A DNA stretch of 64,000 nucleotides, taken from IMG/VR virus record IMGVR_UViG_3300025881_000006, positions 1-64,000 of that record. One strand, 5' to 3'. Source of the DNA: a virus. Position numbers and translations under genes: made by a program. Position 1 is the first letter of the stretch; each line of letters begins with the position of its first letter. The notes below the pieces were generated by a model that saw only the letters and a list, made by a program, of their open reading frames with translations, searched no databases and was not told where the DNA came from. This document shows positions 37,936 through 46,979 of the stretch, piece after piece.

Positions 37936-40407
37936 ATGGAATTTTCAAAAGAAGCATATCACAAAATACTTTTATCTGCACATGAAAGTAAAGACATTAA
38001 CACATATCAACGTTTTGCACTATGTACCATATTCACCATCGTTAACAACGTGGAGTATAAAAGCGATATTGGTATTATGGATAGAGTTTCTACCCATTGG
38101 AACGTACCTGAGTCATCTGAAACTAGTAATCTACTAACGGTTCGTTTAGTGGGTGAGTACCTAACGGTTTATGGTAGTATTGATAAAAATAAGCGAGCGC
38201 GTATTGAAATCCTTACAAACAATGGTGGGTTGAACTTTAACAGAAGTATCAGTAACGTAACCTTAGACTCTATTAAGAATCTTGAGTACGATATAGTAAC
38301 CGAACTATTAGAGACTACGGGTTTAACCATTAAAGATGTTAAACGGGAATTGAATAGTGGTAAGTACCGTATAGTTAAAAACATTGATGAGCAGTTGACT
38401 ATATTTCAATCTAAATACTGGGAGGCACAGCGGGAAGTACAGGCTGACAAAACCGTCAATTCTGAGAGTAGTCGAGAACATGAACAATTTCATACTGATT
38501 GTGAAGGTATAATTAAAGCTATACGTTCAGGTCTAACTGCACCCGAAGAGTTAGATAGGTACGTGGCTAGGTTGGCTATGCAGGCCATCCTTTCACTTCC
38601 TTCTAGAGGGATAACGTGTAAGTTTACAAGACACACGGAATCAGGGGCCTTTGCATGTCATATTTACAATAGCGACTACATTATAAATATCATTATAGGT
38701 GACGGTCAAGGATTCTTGAAGGTAAGTCATACTGCAAGTGGTATGAGATTTTCTAGAACTAAAGAACTAAACTTTGCCAGTGCTGAATATAACTTAATAG
38801 ACGGTTTGATAACTAAGGTTAAACTATCCACTAATAACTCATGGATGGTACCTTCTATTAAACTGCCAAACGTAGAAGTGACATTTACTTCTATGGTTAA
38901 TAAGTTACACCCGGGTGAGGATACTGAAGCATTATCAAAGTCCACCGATGGTGGTCAAGGAGTTAATCCAATGACTGTACAAGATAGAATAAATGAGTTT
39001 AAGACCATAGTGATGGCGGACAAGGAATGTGATTTTGGAAGTAAGAGGGATTGCTATGTTCAACGTATGGTATTTAAATTTATGGAGAATACGAATAACC
39101 ATAAACATTTAAGCGATTCGGATATTAAGGCTGGCCTTTATGTTGAAATTAAAGGGGGGTGGTTATGCGCATCTGTAGGTCTATTTAAGAGCGGTAGAAC
39201 TACTCTCGCTATTAAACATAAGGCATCCGATAGGAAAATTGATTCCAAGGTAGTGGATGCAATAGTCCGTAACGGATGGGATATCCTTACGCTACTGACT
39301 ACAACTCCTACCCTTAAAGTTAAAGATATAACTAAAGATGCTTTTAAATCGTTAGATACTATATCAAATAAATCGTGGGCAAGTACTAAAAGTAACCAAG
39401 TACAGTACTTGAGAAATGTAAGCCAGATAAAAGAGCGCTTTATCGATGAGATTATAGAGTCATCAACAGGGGAACTTAATCACTCTAATGAATTTGGTCT
39501 ACTTATACTTACACTAATAGCGTATTATAATGGCGGGGATGAGTTTAACGTATCGGTGGGTGATAGGTATATGACTTGTACATTAACGTATGATAATTAT
39601 ACGCTAGATGTAACCTATGTAAATGGTAGGGTGAAGGTGAAATTGAAAACCAATGGAGGAGAAGATCACACCGACGTATTACATCGACTGTTGAATAACA
39701 GATTCAATATAATAGATGCATTTCGTAATAATGGAAAGATATCGCCTACGGATCTTGTGGACATACTTACGTTAGGAAAAGGAGGAGGGATGGTACTGCC
39801 TATGATGTTAAGTAATAATAGATTAGTGGATATTCTCTGTGAACGTTATGGTGTAGAACCAAATACGTTGAAAGGGAAGTGTGATGTGAATACAGTGGAG
39901 TCAGTTTTACCCGATAAGGATATACCAACTGAGGGTAAGATGGTTGAGTTAAAGGTACAGTTACTCACCCACGAATATCGCGCACAGACCATACGTCAAC
40001 CCTTAAGTCTTGAGTGGTTAGCGTTCGACCGTGGATTGGTACAATGTCCACCCGAACAAGACCCCTACAAACTAGACTATCCAACATGGTCGCCGTTACC
40101 CTCCGCGTACGGTAAAGGTACGTCATACGTAAATGAGCACATTAGATATAGCGGTATGAACGTTATGCCTAACAAACTCCCTATTAAACTGGTAATACCT
40201 ACACCACTAGGCTTTATCACGTATGACAATACAGGTGAGAGTATTAGGTTAAATATGCCTGTGAATATTGCAATAGCTTTCTTCTGTAAAGATGTAAATA
40301 TGCCATTGCAATCTACTGAGGATGAAATACTGACTACATTACTAGGTACTGGTAATACGTCAAGTATTGTAGAACATCTCTGTATAATGAAGGAGGCGTT
40401 TAAGTAA
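37936..40407 (+). CDS. hypothetical early protein with four degenerate repeats plus a C-terminal domain
   Basis: 823 aa; EYDIV/EYNLI/GWDIL/RFNII recur at 167, 163 and 142 aa spacing. Confidence 0.75.
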   Translation: MEFSKEAYHKILLSAHESKDINTYQRFALCTIFTIVNNVEYKSDIGIMDRVSTHWNVPESSETSNLLTVRLVGEYLTVYGSIDKNKRARIEILTNNGGLNFNRSISNVTLDSIKNLEYDIVTELLETTGLTIKDVKRELNSGKYRIVKNIDEQLTIFQSKYWEAQREVQADKTVNSESSREHEQFHTDCEGIIKAIRSGLTAPEELDRYVARLAMQAILSLPSRGITCKFTRHTESGAFACHIYNSDYIINIIIGDGQGFLKVSHTASGMRFSRTKELNFASAEYNLIDGLITKVKLSTNNSWMVPSIKLPNVEVTFTSMVNKLHPGEDTEALSKSTDGGQGVNPMTVQDRINEFKTIVMADKECDFGSKRDCYVQRMVFKFMENTNNHKHLSDSDIKAGLYVEIKGGWLCASVGLFKSGRTTLAIKHKASDRKIDSKVVDAIVRNGWDILTLLTTTPTLKVKDITKDAFKSLDTISNKSWASTKSNQVQYLRNVSQIKERFIDEIIESSTGELNHSNEFGLLILTLIAYYNGGDEFNVSVGDRYMTCTLTYDNYTLDVTYVNGRVKVKLKTNGGEDHTDVLHRLLNNRFNIIDAFRNNGKISPTDLVDILTLGKGGGMVLPMMLSNNRLVDILCERYGVEPNTLKGKCDVNTVESVLPDKDIPTEGKMVELKVQLLTHEYRAQTIRQPLSLEWLAFDRGLVQCPPEQDPYKLDYPTWSPLPSAYGKGTSYVNEHIRYSGMNVMPNKLPIKLVIPTPLGFITYDNTGESIRLNMPVNIAIAFFCKDVNMPLQSTEDEILTTLLGTGNTSSIVEHLCIMKEAFK

Positions 40408-40529
40408 TAAATAAAGAGGGGGGTACTGCCCTTCTTTTTTTGTTCCTCTGAATATGAAAATACGCGTTACGGCATATTACATGAAGTATTATGTTAATTA
40501 TCATTATATCCCAATAGGACACTTTCCCC

Positions 40530-40805
40530 ATGAAATGTAAATCTTGCAACACGACAATGAAGTCACTTGTCAAACATACCTCTCCCGTTTCTGACTCTAA
40601 AGAATTTACACTCTTTCATTGTACATGTGGAACTATACTTAAAGAAGGACGTGATGCACATTTAGGTAGCACGTGGATATTAGCCAATGGTACATTAGTA
40701 ACTGATAGGGCTTGCAACATCAGTATGATAGACCCAGATGTTGACCGTTCTGATAATGGAATGGGCGATTGGCAATTTGCCGATAAGGTAGTTGCAACCG
40801 CATGA
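40530..40805 (+). CDS. small zinc-ribbon protein
   Basis: MKCKSC...HCTCG; AGGA RBS. Confidence 0.6.
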   Translation: MKCKSCNTTMKSLVKHTSPVSDSKEFTLFHCTCGTILKEGRDAHLGSTWILANGTLVTDRACNISMIDPDVDRSDNGMGDWQFADKVVATA

Positions 40806-40807
40806 CG

Positions 40808-40843
40808 TAGAGGTGGGGGTTGTCCTACCTCTGCTTATGCCGT
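40808..40843 (+). terminator. hairpin + TATGCCG
   Basis: tagaggtggg/cctacctctg, TATGCCG at 40836-40842. Confidence 0.7.
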
Positions 40844-40862
40844 CAATTGACATCCTAGACAT

Positions 40863-40889
40863 TTACACCCCTATATTACCTTGGTGAAT
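40863..40889 (+). promoter_or_regulatory. early promoter (TATATTAC)
   Basis: ttacaccCCTATATTACcttggTG. Confidence 0.75.
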
Positions 40890-40936
40890 GCGTACAATAA
40901 AGTACTGTTCTTTAAACTTAAAAAGGTATACTACCC

Positions 40937-41458
40937 ATGAATACATATCAATCTAAAACACAGCTTTGGACTAACGCCACCATGCCTACTATACTGGCTT
41001 TTATTAGTCAGAATAATGAAGGGCGCGTGCTGAAGTATATTAATAGTAAGTTACAACCTTACCTTTTCCAAAAGAAAACTCTACCCAACCTGTACATCTC
41101 TCACGACCCTATCCCTGATTCATGGGACGACGAGCATGAAGGATTGAAGGGAGCAATACTAGATTTAGATTTACCTAAAGACGCTATATGTATCTGTAAA
41201 GATGCTGACGATAGATTATTATTAATCCTAACCTCTACCTTTGAGAACATCATCATATCTGACCTACATGCCAGTGGAACAAGTAAAGTAGTAGTATCTA
41301 GTGTATCTGATAAATTATGTCAACTATTAACGCCGCTAGTCAAAGGTGCAATGAGTGATAATAGTTTAAACTTCATCATTGGTAACTTCGCTGATGAGCT
41401 ACCAGTCACCGTTAGGTTAAAGAATCTAATTGAATTTTACAACGAGGAAAGTATCTAA
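40937..41458 (+). CDS. hypothetical early protein
   Basis: TAATG-coupled to the next ORF; weak similarity to the C-terminal domain of 37936..40407. Confidence 0.7.
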   Translation: MNTYQSKTQLWTNATMPTILAFISQNNEGRVLKYINSKLQPYLFQKKTLPNLYISHDPIPDSWDDEHEGLKGAILDLDLPKDAICICKDADDRLLLILTSTFENIIISDLHASGTSKVVVSSVSDKLCQLLTPLVKGAMSDNSLNFIIGNFADELPVTVRLKNLIEFYNEESI

Positions 41459-41982
41459 TGGTAAACATATCTAAACGAGCACGTTCAAGACTAATACGTA
41501 TCATGGCACTCAACACCACTAAGTATCTGTACGATACAATACTTACTGCTATACATCTATATGTTCGCAATACAGAAAAGAGCATGGTACAAAAGGAAGT
41601 GCTTTCTGTTAGGTTAGGGAACTTTAAAAGTATCATTGACCTTAGCAGTGATAGTGATGAGTCTGCTATGATACTAACGTTGACTACTAAAGAGGATAGG
41701 ATAGTTCTTACATTCAATCTTAAAGAAGGGAACGTGGGTATCGATACCACCTATGATGGTAAGGATGCTACTAAAGAAATGGAAGGCTTTAGAGAGAACC
41801 TACAGAGCGTGTTCAAGGTAGGTGGGAATGTATATGAGGGCTTCCCATTAACGGACTCACCCACTGCTAAAGATGCTATTAGGGAAACAATAGATGAAGT
41901 GGTAGGTAGCGGACACAATATTGTCAGTGCCTCATTCCAATTAGCGGTAACAATACCCTCTATTGGTTTACTAAATGATTAA
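41458..41982 (+). CDS. hypothetical early protein
   Basis: 174-aa ORF coupled to the previous one. Confidence 0.7.
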   Translation: MVNISKRARSRLIRIMALNTTKYLYDTILTAIHLYVRNTEKSMVQKEVLSVRLGNFKSIIDLSSDSDESAMILTLTTKEDRIVLTFNLKEGNVGIDTTYDGKDATKEMEGFRENLQSVFKVGGNVYEGFPLTDSPTAKDAIRETIDEVVGSGHNIVSASFQLAVTIPSIGLLND

Positions 41983-42007
41983 CCTGTGGTAATATAAATA
42001 ATCGACG

Positions 42008-42046
42008 TAGGAGAAGGGGGGATTAATCCTCTCTTCTTCTATGCCG
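42008..42046 (+). terminator. hairpin + TATGCCG
   Basis: Purine arm/pyrimidine arm with G-U pairs; TATGCCG at 42040-42046. Confidence 0.65.
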
Positions 42047-42090
42047 CATCGTGTGTATAGTATTTATTTTTTTATATCAGGAGGTGCGAA

Positions 42091-43014
42091 TTGATTAGTA
42101 AATCACAACTACGTGAACTAGAACGCTGTACTCGCAACCTACTAACTGTAAATCGCGGTATAGCTAGTTCAATGATTAACATTCTAAATAGAATGGAACA
42201 GAACCCATTAGATAGGTCTGTAATGGTCCTAGACGGCCCTCTGGCAGCAATACAGGTTAATAGTAACCCATTGGTACATGTAGGGATAGAAAAGTCTAAT
42301 ATAAGCGTTGTATTAAACCACGTCGATTATGAGTTAAAGGTAAGGGTAAAGCAAAACTCTTGCGGATTCTATTATCGTCAAGTTGGTGCTAAGCGAGACG
42401 CTGTGATAGAGCAATTAAGTCGTGTAGTGTCTCTAGAGGGATGGGATATTGTTGACGGTACATTACAGGCTAAAGACACTAGTGTTAGAGAAACATTAGT
42501 AGAATTTAAACATAGTACGCCTCCAACCGATAGTGATGTAATAACATTAGAAGGTAAGTTAAGAAGTGCTGTGGATAACCTAGAGGGCTCCTGTAGTGTC
42601 GACTATGCCTTTTATGGCTGTAGTAACCACAACGGTGGGAGTGATAAGGAGATATTAACGTACGCGTCGTTACAGGAACGATTAGGGATACATAGATACC
42701 GCTATGGGAATGTATTCTCAGGCATCGCAATGAATGACCTAATAGAAACCACTGTAACAGATTTAGTGTGGACTCATGAAAACGTGGGCACGGACTTTGA
42801 AGCGTTGTATGTACTTATCCCTACCATACGAGGTAGTATTGTGATAATCGTTGAGAATGGCGCAATCCTATTTGCTATCCCCGATAAGATTAAGCACTTG
42901 CTATCGTTAAACACAGGATTCATTCCAGGTATGTTACTGGCTGAGATTATACTAGGTTCATTCCCATTTGATGATATCTCTTCAAGGATGAGGACATTGA
43001 ATGTTACTATTTAA
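42091..43014 (+). CDS. hypothetical protein, paralogue of 37936..40407
   Basis: AGGAGG RBS, TTG start; one GWDIV repeat plus a VLIPTIRGSI C-terminal domain. Confidence 0.7.
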   Translation: MISKSQLRELERCTRNLLTVNRGIASSMINILNRMEQNPLDRSVMVLDGPLAAIQVNSNPLVHVGIEKSNISVVLNHVDYELKVRVKQNSCGFYYRQVGAKRDAVIEQLSRVVSLEGWDIVDGTLQAKDTSVRETLVEFKHSTPPTDSDVITLEGKLRSAVDNLEGSCSVDYAFYGCSNHNGGSDKEILTYASLQERLGIHRYRYGNVFSGIAMNDLIETTVTDLVWTHENVGTDFEALYVLIPTIRGSIVIIVENGAILFAIPDKIKHLLSLNTGFIPGMLLAEIILGSFPFDDISSRMRTLNVTI

Positions 43015-43310
43015 CAGATTTGTTTTATTTGCTAGATAGTAATAAGAAGATGTAGATAATTAAATACATACCCCCTATTTGTTATAATGGGGGGTTTGGG
43101 GGGTATAGACTTCAGTAAAGAATAAAGAGATAAAAAAGAAAGAATAAAACAATCAAAGAAACATTACTTGTTATTCTTTATTACCTTATTAGTTATCTTG
43201 TTATATTTAGATTAGTAGTAGTAGTAATATTGCTTTGTTATTATACTATCTAATAAACATAACCTTGAGTAGTGGGATAATTATTTGCTATGTCCTGCTG
43301 CGAACTGGAA
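43015..43310. other. structured AT-rich non-coding element (origin or ncRNA candidate)
   Basis: Longest intergenic gap in the window; two G6 runs, A-rich then T-rich tract, nested inverted repeats. Confidence 0.45.
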
Positions 43311-43314
43311 CGTA

Positions 43315-43338
43315 TTATAGACCTACATTACTACTATG
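43315..43338 (+). promoter_or_regulatory. early promoter-like motif
   Basis: ttatagaCCTACATTACtactaTG. Confidence 0.7.
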
Positions 43339-43368
43339 TAACGGTAACAATACAATAAGGAGATTACC

Positions 43369-43938
43369 ATGAATAACGAATTAAACACTGAGATAGATAA
43401 GTACCTAGGCTGGGTAGATGAAGTAGACCAAGTCGAACGAACACTAACACGTAAACTAGAAGGATTGATAATAAGCTTATCTCCTACTATCGATGCACTT
43501 AGAGTAGATTGCATTGAACTCCCTGCTACTAAATCATTTCCATTACGTGGTACTATCCATCGGTTAGCACAGGACAGTTTACTACCTGACTATGTTAAAG
43601 AGGTTATTAAGTCCACGACTAGCTTCACATCTAGACATGACGTATGCGAAGAGCCTACCATTACATTATGCACTACCAGTACGTTAACTGTATTGATAAA
43701 AGTAACAGGTAGTAGTTATAATGCTCACATTAAACGTGAGATTGATAAGTTATGGACTGAGATAGTGTCTTTACGCAACTACCTACTTCATGCACACAAG
43801 CTAACATCAAACCCTGCACTGCGTAATGTCAAGAACGCAGAGTTGGCTGAACTATTGGCAGAGATACACCGTAATGAAGGTGTACTCAATGCACTCACTG
43901 ATATAGCTAGATATCACGTGATTAAAGTGAGGCTGTAA
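43369..43938 (+). CDS. hypothetical early protein
   Basis: AAGGAG RBS. Confidence 0.7.
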   Translation: MNNELNTEIDKYLGWVDEVDQVERTLTRKLEGLIISLSPTIDALRVDCIELPATKSFPLRGTIHRLAQDSLLPDYVKEVIKSTTSFTSRHDVCEEPTITLCTTSTLTVLIKVTGSSYNAHIKREIDKLWTEIVSLRNYLLHAHKLTSNPALRNVKNAELAELLAEIHRNEGVLNALTDIARYHVIKVRL

Positions 43939-43952
43939 TTTAAGGAAGTAGT

Positions 43953-44498
43953 ATGATTTCATATAAGACCACAGTCACTAATAAGAAGACTGGGGAACGT
44001 CTTAATACATTTGCTAGTAGAGGAGAGTGTACTAAACATTACTATCCTCTTAAAGACGAACGAGGTAGATTCATCCATGGGGCATTTGAAGAGGCTGAGC
44101 GTTTACGTAAGGCGTTAGAGCGTGACCATGAGTCTATCCTTGTATGGACACTAGCAGACGGTACTGAGGTACTGATACAACAACTACGAGTCAATGCACA
44201 ACCTTTACGCTTTGTCGTTTATCGTGAATCTACTGCTACTGAACATTGGTTTGGTGCTATGAGTGGTATGATTAAACGCACAGGGATACCTGAGGTGGCT
44301 ATAAACCTAGTACTGAGTCAAGAGACTTGTGTATCCATGGGAGGTTATCAGTTTCAGCGTATTGGTGAGAATAAACCATGGCTTAAACCTGATGAAGTAA
44401 AACCTACCTTAGAGTGGCTCTTGCTGTGTATTGAAAATAAAGTACCTCGTACGCTATTGGCTGAATGTTGTCAGTTACTCATAGACCAACAAGAATAA
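43953..44498 (+). CDS. protein resembling homing-endonuclease DNA-binding (NUMOD1-like) modules
   Basis: VTNKKTGE...F.S..E and F......TGIP...I...L.......GGYQFQR; no HNH or GIY-YIG motif seen. Confidence 0.45.
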   Translation: MISYKTTVTNKKTGERLNTFASRGECTKHYYPLKDERGRFIHGAFEEAERLRKALERDHESILVWTLADGTEVLIQQLRVNAQPLRFVVYRESTATEHWFGAMSGMIKRTGIPEVAINLVLSQETCVSMGGYQFQRIGENKPWLKPDEVKPTLEWLLLCIENKVPRTLLAECCQLLIDQQE

Positions 44499-44510
44499 GG
44501 AAACGTCAGT

Positions 44511-44969
44511 TTGAAAAATACCTTATCGCTTCATGTGGAACATTTCATCAAAAGTAGTGATACTAAGAAAATGAAATACGTAGAAGCAGGACACCTTACT
44601 TTACGCACCGTACATGCATTTGAGTCGTCCTTTACTACGGATGATGACTTTCATTACCAATCTTACAATATCGATGGGGTATCGGTAGAGGTAGTGGTGT
44701 TTAACGAACATCCATACCCTATTGGCTTAACCATAGAAAATAATAAAGGGTTACAGGTAATGCTAGCTTACCATAAAGACGGTAAGGTTACATTCAGCTA
44801 TGTGCTAAGTACTAAACCTGAAATGGGTTATATGTCGTGGCCTGATAAAGCGCCCTATAACCTCGCCATTGAACGTATATTGGATAACCAATGTAACTTA
44901 CTAGAGTTGATGCAAAAAGAGCACCACTCATCACTGAAGAAGTTATGTGATACCATCCTATCGTCATAG
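44511..44969 (+). CDS. hypothetical protein (single copy of the island repeat domain)
   Basis: AAGGA RBS with TTG start (ATG at 44571 possible); beta-hairpins then ILDNQCNLLE. Confidence 0.6.
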   Translation: MKNTLSLHVEHFIKSSDTKKMKYVEAGHLTLRTVHAFESSFTTDDDFHYQSYNIDGVSVEVVVFNEHPYPIGLTIENNKGLQVMLAYHKDGKVTFSYVLSTKPEMGYMSWPDKAPYNLAIERILDNQCNLLELMQKEHHSSLKKLCDTILSS

Positions 44970-44977
44970 AGGTACGT

Positions 44978-45160
44978 ATGTCTGATTATTTATCGTTACC
45001 TAGTAATAAGAAACCTACTCCTAAGGCTCCTGTGGCAAAACCTAAAAGTAAAGCCAAGCGTGTCGTTAAAAAGAAGAAACAGGAAAAGGTTGCAGAGAAA
45101 GTAGTCTATTTGGAATACCCAGAACACATGCGTAATCCAAGTAGAGTATGGTACCGATAG
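44978..45160 (+). CDS. small basic hypothetical protein
   Basis: GAGG RBS; Lys-rich; fills an operon gap. Confidence 0.55.
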   Translation: MSDYLSLPSNKKPTPKAPVAKPKSKAKRVVKKKKQEKVAEKVVYLEYPEHMRNPSRVWYR

Positions 45161-45241
45161 TAATAGGGTACCAAGGGAGTATGAGTGAGCCTATTTAAAA
45201 GACACTCAATCGGTATATATTTATCCAAGGAGATTATTATT

Positions 45242-45625
45242 ATGCCAAGTGCAAGCAAAGCGTTACACCATAAGAAGCGTTGGGGAAACGCATATGTGAT
45301 ATTCGATGATAACGAGTTCAGTATTATCCATGGTGACTATCTAGAAGATAATGGAGATGTAGCAGCCGAAGGGGTGTTAGGTATCCGTTGGAATGGTAGT
45401 GGTTCAGACCCAGGTTATCCTAAACTATTCAATAATGCAGTATGGATGGTATTACCTAAATGGTTATCTGAGCTTATCATCAATCAAATGGAAGCACCTA
45501 TTAACGATAGAGTATCCAAACAAAGTCACAAGGCGATGTGGTTAAAACGATTAGGGTCTATTACAGGCAATGACACCTTTCTAAGATACCCTGCTAATAG
45601 TTTAGAATTAGAACCAGCAGAGTAA
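45242..45625 (+). CDS. conserved hypothetical protein (GIRWNG...GYP motif)
   Basis: AAGGAG RBS favours ATG at 45242. Confidence 0.65.
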   Translation: MPSASKALHHKKRWGNAYVIFDDNEFSIIHGDYLEDNGDVAAEGVLGIRWNGSGSDPGYPKLFNNAVWMVLPKWLSELIINQMEAPINDRVSKQSHKAMWLKRLGSITGNDTFLRYPANSLELEPAE

Positions 45626-45685
45626 ACGACATAGTCAGAGGAGCAGTAGCTCCTCTTTTTATACCTCTCCATCAAGGAAATAAAC

Positions 45686-46285
45686 ATGAAATATCATTAT
45701 AGTTACCAACAGACAGTGGTTATTAACGAAACCATTAACCGTATGTACAGTACTGCACGTGGTGTAATGTCGTCTACCCAATCCGTTATGCTCAGTATAC
45801 TGACTAAGTTATCACCCTCTATTACCTTAATCCCTAAACAGATTGAAGAAGGTAGATTAATGCATGACATTGGTGAAGACTTTGAACTACCAAAAGGCAT
45901 GACTATCACTTCATCATTAGATAGCATCTTATTAACTCAAAAGAATCCCTATGTCATCATGGGCTATCTCAAGGGTGAGAAACGTTTAGTAGGGTATATA
46001 GACATTGATACTGGTGACCTTGAATCTGAAGAGTTAAAAGTTATCTTGACTAAACTACATGCAAGGCAGTTATATGCTGCTACGCTTACTGCCCAGCTAT
46101 TACCTTTAATAGAAGATACTGACATGAGTCATTTAAACGGCCACGGTCACTTTATGCCTAACACTATTGAGATAGATGGTGAGGTGATTAAAACTATCTG
46201 TTCATTATCTGACACTTACAGTAAACTCATTGCCGATAGCGAAGTAGATGAAACCATTAAACAGTTCATCGCAGAAGAGCCATAG
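45686..46285 (+). CDS. hypothetical protein
   Basis: AAGGA RBS; flanked by hairpin/T-tract terminators. Confidence 0.7.
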   Translation: MKYHYSYQQTVVINETINRMYSTARGVMSSTQSVMLSILTKLSPSITLIPKQIEEGRLMHDIGEDFELPKGMTITSSLDSILLTQKNPYVIMGYLKGEKRLVGYIDIDTGDLESEELKVILTKLHARQLYAATLTAQLLPLIEDTDMSHLNGHGHFMPNTIEIDGEVIKTICSLSDTYSKLIADSEVDETIKQFIAEEP

Positions 46286-46352
46286 ATAATAGGGGTAGTG
46301 TAAGTACTACCCTTCTTTTTTTGTTTGTTAGAGTTTTTCTACAGGAAATATA

Positions 46353-46892
46353 ATGCACCAATTTACAAAAGTGAATGCTTTGACTATCTTAAAAAACACT
46401 ATGGTTCTGTCTGAAAAGGCAGAAGATGATATCCTTAAGCTCAAAGGTAAAATACACAACTTACTATTTAAAGATCATCCCAGCACGTTTAATGAAACCT
46501 TGCAAGCATCGAGACCGGCGGCGGTAGATGAAAAAACTGATATGGTTAATTTCATATGGTACATTACCAAAGGCTACGAGGATGCATATTACATTACTCT
46601 ACCAACAGTGGAGTCTAATGACCCTATCGTAACCGCCATAATACCTTTTACTACTAGCTGCAACTCTTCTGGTATTATATCGGGAAGTAGACCGGCTACG
46701 CACGATAAAGCTTGTGAGATAATGGATCGGATATCGGTTATGGAAATATTGTTGGGCAGACTGCAAATAACGTTAAAACAAATAGGTCTAATTAGACTAC
46801 TGGGACATGACCATTTATTTCCAGATATAGTAACCTTTACGTCTGACCAATTAATAACCCTACTAGATGTAGAGCAGGGTTTATCTAAGTAG
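46353..46892 (+). CDS. hypothetical protein
   Basis: AGGA RBS. Confidence 0.7.
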   Translation: MHQFTKVNALTILKNTMVLSEKAEDDILKLKGKIHNLLFKDHPSTFNETLQASRPAAVDEKTDMVNFIWYITKGYEDAYYITLPTVESNDPIVTAIIPFTTSCNSSGIISGSRPATHDKACEIMDRISVMEILLGRLQITLKQIGLIRLLGHDHLFPDIVTFTSDQLITLLDVEQGLSK

Positions 46893-46979
46893 AAAACTCC
46901 GTATGTAGACGTGTAGGCAATTAGTCTACACGCTCATTCTATGCTTATTCTTTTTTTCTTATCACCCAAGGAGGATACC

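Noticed and set aside
43089-43103. G-quadruplex
   Set aside because: Only two G6 runs; pairing with the upstream C5 run explains them more simply.
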